This document shows positions 60,871 to 64,000 of a stretch of DNA of 64,000 nt, one piece after another. How positions within the stretch are numbered: position 1 is the first letter of the stretch; every line of letters starts with the position of its first letter. Location: contig NW_003314332.1 of assembly GCF_000143415.4 (NCBI RefSeq), positions 620,001-684,000 on the forward strand. Direction: 5' to 3'. The position numbers and the translations under genes are program-made. The stretch is from Selaginella moellendorffii (taxonomy: Eukaryota > Plantae > Lycopodiophyta). Below the pieces are notes generated by a model that was given only the letters and a program-made list of their open reading frames with translations, was not told where the DNA came from and ran no database searches.

Positions 60871-62750
60871 TCAAATCTGTGTCGCAGTTCTCCTGCCCGG
60901 GCTGACGACGATACACTTTTCGGGATTGGCAACGTCCACTCCACCGGCGTGCTCCACAAACTCCTTGGCACTCATGTGTTGTCCATGGCAGGCACACACA
61001 ATCTTCACCTCGCCCTTCTTGTATGCGAACAAAACTCCCGTCACCGTCTTGCCATTGGGTCCCGTTCCAGTCGTCGTCACCCACGGCAGATCGCTCACCA
61101 CACTGCTGCTGCTGGATCGTGCCACCATCGCTGCTGCCTGGCTCGACCTCTCCGGATCTTCCCAGCCTACTGCGCCGTCAACTTGTTCTTCTTGCTGCGG
61201 CTTCTTAGGGCTCCGGAACGCCGAGCTCGTGCTGCTTCGCCTGCTCCAGCTATCCACGGACGAGCCCATGCTCGATCGCATAGCGGCGCCCTCGGACAAA
61301 GTTCTCATCAACGACCTGTTGCATCGAACCGGACTTGGAGCGCGGAGCGTGCTGCTTCTTTGCTGCTGCTGCTGCCGCTGGAGGAGGAGATACTCCTGGC
61401 GGAGGTTTGCTCCAAGAGAAGACGAGCGCAGGAGAGATGGAGGTGGCGGCGGGGTCAGAGGTGGCGGAGGTACCGGCGGCGGAAGCCTTACGTCGCCATC
61501 TGCAAAGACCAAATGCAATGGTGGTCATACCATGGCTCGAGGACCATCATACCTTCGCGAGAAGATATGACCACCTTTTGCTCCATCGAAGACGGGCATG
61601 CAAACGATCCGGAGGCCATCACCATGGCTACCGAGGAAGAGCCGGCGCTGCTCGACTGAGAAGAACCCATGGCTCGAGGAGGAACTGGCAGCTGGTCATC
61701 CGGAAGAGTGGCCTCTTCGCCACCATCATCCGGCCTTACCATCTTGCGCATCTCCAAGAACTTGTCAATCCACTCGGTCTTGGGCTCGTGCACAGGGCTG
61801 GGCCGTATCACACCGCTAAAGCTCGTAGCAGTACCCGCGGTCGTACACGTATTTAGAGCCCTGGCGGTAGCGTCTGGAGCTTCAGCTTTAACGTTTCCGG
61901 CGGAGGAGTCGAGGGTGGCCGCGGAAGAATCCAAGCTCCTCCTGGACTTCCTGATAGCATGGCTATGGCCGCGGCCCGGTCTCGTGGCCTTGTTCTCGGT
62001 GGGACGATCCTCCACGTCCGCCTCATCCTTGACGACTGGCTTCTTCCTGGGGTGATGGTGAGAGTGCGAGGACGTGGTTCCAGAGCCGGAGCTCTTCCGG
62101 CGCTGCTGCTTCTGCTCCTCGATGAGAATCCTGCGCTTCTTGCGCGCCTCCTGCCGCTTCTGGCACTGCACCTCGCGCTTGAGCCGCTGCTGCTCCAACA
62201 CTCTCCAGTTCACGGGCAGGGAATCCGACCGAGCCAGCGATGGCTGCCTTGCGCTTCCTACATTTACACTTGCAACACCCGAGCTCCCTGCCGGGGCGAG
62301 CACACGATCGTCGCACTGCTGCTCCTCGTCTCGCAGGGGAGAAGGAGGACACGATGAAACTCCCGAGTGGGCGAAGGACGAGAGGCCGAGGCTGAGCTCC
62401 AGACCACTCTCAAGATGCCTTCCTCCAGCTCCTCCCAGTTGCTGCGTCGTTGGAGAAGGATCTTGGTGGTGGCGGTGTTGCTGGTGGCGCGGAGGAGTGA
62501 TGCAGAGATGGGGCAGCAGCGGCTGGAGTTTGAGCAGCAAATCCTGCGTCCCAGCAGCAGTGGCAGTGGCGGCGGCGGCGGCGGCAGCACAAATTGTGGA
62601 GGAGGACGCTGAGGAGGACGAGGAGGAGAGTGTAGCAGCAGTGGGACTGGCAGTGGGAGCGGGAGCTTCGATGTCTACCTTTACGGTCATGGTAAAGTGG
62701 ACGCGATTGCTGCTGCTCGTGGATGCGCCCTCGCTGCTACCGCTCATCAT
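60871..62750 (-). CDS. NINJA/AFP-family adaptor protein, one short intron (~61503-61554)
   Basis: EAR motif LELSLGLS, B domain KREVQCQKRQEARKKR, C domain LPWVTTTGTGPNGKTVTG..EVKIVCACHGQHMSAKEFVEHAGG. Confidence 0.92.
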
Positions 62751-62880
62751 GCTGATCCGCCGCTCACTTCGCCGCCGCGCAAGATCTCTCTCGCTCTCTC
62801 CCTCTCTCTCTCTCTCTTCCCTCCCCTCTCTCTCTCTCTTCCCCCCAATCCTCGCTAAACCTAGCGGCCTGTCCACGCAG

Positions 62881-63075
62881 CACGTGGCAAATCAGCACGT
62901 GGCGGCTGCTCCACGTGTCGGGCTTCTCGGTTTTTAGGGAACAAAAGGATATTTTATGGCGATTAAAAAACTCTGTAAAAACCAGGGCACTACACCTGTA
63001 GGAGGTGGCATTGGGTGGACAAAGCCGCCCCATCGCTGGAAACGCGACACGTGGTGTGGTGAAAAATGGCACGTG
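62881..63075. promoter_or_regulatory. Cluster of five G-box/ABRE elements upstream of the NINJA/AFP gene
   Basis: CACGTG at 62881, 62896, 62912, 63048 and 63070, mostly ACGTGGC/ACGTGTC. Confidence 0.75.
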
Positions 63076-63136
63076 GCATGTGCTCACGATCGGTTCCAAA
63101 GATTTTTATCACATCCAATGGTCGAATACATGGCAA

Positions 63137-64000
63137 TCACGATGTGGATGTTTGGGCGGCACAAAAATCTGGAGTAAGATACATGTTTGATAGCATCACA
63201 TATGGGGAAGCGTTATTTACGTCAAGCTGGATCATCTCTTTGATCACTCGCATTCCACGGTTGAAATCGTGGTGCATCCTACAACCATTCAACAATGTCG
63301 TCCAAGCCACCAGTTTTGTGTCTGGCGTATATTTCGGCACCAATTCTATGGTTTTCTCTGCGTCATCCAGCTTGCCTACTCGCCCTAACACGTCTACCAT
63401 GCAAATGTAATGGTCCACAATTGGCGTAATCCCATAGTCTCCAAGCATTGTGCCAAAGTAGCAAATGCCGCAGTGCTCCAAGATGCCGCCGTGACTACAC
63501 GCGGACAAGATCCCAACGAATGTAACCTCGTCCACGTCGACGCCCTGGAGCTGCATGGCTCGCCACAGCTCCAGCGATTGGACCTCGCGACCAGCCTGGG
63601 CATATGCCGTGATCATGGAGTTCCACGTCCACGTGTCCTTGCCCGCCATTTCGTCAAATAGCAGCCGTGCGGTGTCCAACACTCCACACCTGCCGTACAT
63701 GGTCACCAGCGCGTTGCCCAGAGCCATCTCGGTTTCGAGTCCCCTCGCCACCACCTCCTCATGGACGAGCTCGCCCACTCGCAAATCGGCCACGCTCCCG
63801 CAGACGTCGATCACGCTCACAAAGGTGATATCGTCGGCTGGGATGCCCTCCACGTCCATCTCCTGGAAGAGACGAATGGCCTCGCCGCCCACCCCGTTCT
63901 GTCCGTACGCCGCAATCATTGCGTTCCACGTCACCGCGCTCCTGATTGGCATGTCGTCAAACATTCGCCGCGCGTCCGCCACGTACCCCGCCTGGGCATA
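63137..64000 (-). CDS. PLS-class pentatricopeptide repeat protein ending in a short E domain (5' end outside window)
   Basis: VTWNAMIAAYGQNG, ITFVSVIDVC, GNALVTMYGRCG, HYICMVDVLGRVG, AWTTLLNGCRMH, PYVMLSNMY; no DYW domain. Confidence 0.93.
   Translation of the reverse strand, partial: YAQAGYVADARRMFDDMPIRSAVTWNAMIAAYGQNGVGGEAIRLFQEMDVEGIPADDITFVSVIDVCGSVADLRVGELVHEEVVARGLETEMALGNALVTMYGRCGVLDTARLLFDEMAGKDTWTWNSMITAYAQAGREVQSLELWRAMQLQGVDVDEVTFVGILSACSHGGILEHCGICYFGTMLGDYGITPIVDHYICMVDVLGRVGKLDDAEKTIELVPKYTPDTKLVAWTTLLNGCRMHHDFNRGMRVIKEMIQLDVNNASPYVMLSNMYLTPDFCAAQTSTS

Overview
Compact eukaryotic plant genomic DNA with very short GT-AG introns, tiny intergenic spacers and three 100-N assembly gaps. 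It is most consistent with a lycophyte such as Selaginella (inference). The left gene island (1-17.3 kb) holds pyruvate decarboxylase, then TSR1 and the m6A writer MTA/METTL3 head-to-head. It continues with three tandem TPR/Myb-like units, each followed by decayed MTA fragments, and a divergent SWEET-like multi-pass membrane gene. The middle (17.6-48 kb) is a nested retroelement block. It contains two decayed chromodomain-family Ty3/Gypsy copies, a solo LTR with an internal minisatellite, and a complete 595-bp Cassandra-type TRIM carrying 5S rRNA promoter sequence in its LTRs. It also contains L1-like LINEs and a young full-length Tcn1-like chromovirus whose primer site is complementary to its own 5' end (self-priming). 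An AT-rich duplicated block (43-52.5 kb) carries a small secreted Cys-containing protein and its pseudogene. The right island (53-64 kb) holds a micro-exon gene, FAM86A/EEF2KMT-like methyltransferase, nsLTP, At1g76660-like, NINJA/AFP-like and PPR genes. The best leads are the Cassandra element and its shared cis-signals with the Gypsy family it sits in, the self-priming chromovirus, a structured Gypsy 3' UTR with twin tRNA T-arm mimics, the putative fungal-effector-like secreted protein and the MTA chimeras. All alignments were made by eye and no database searches were run.
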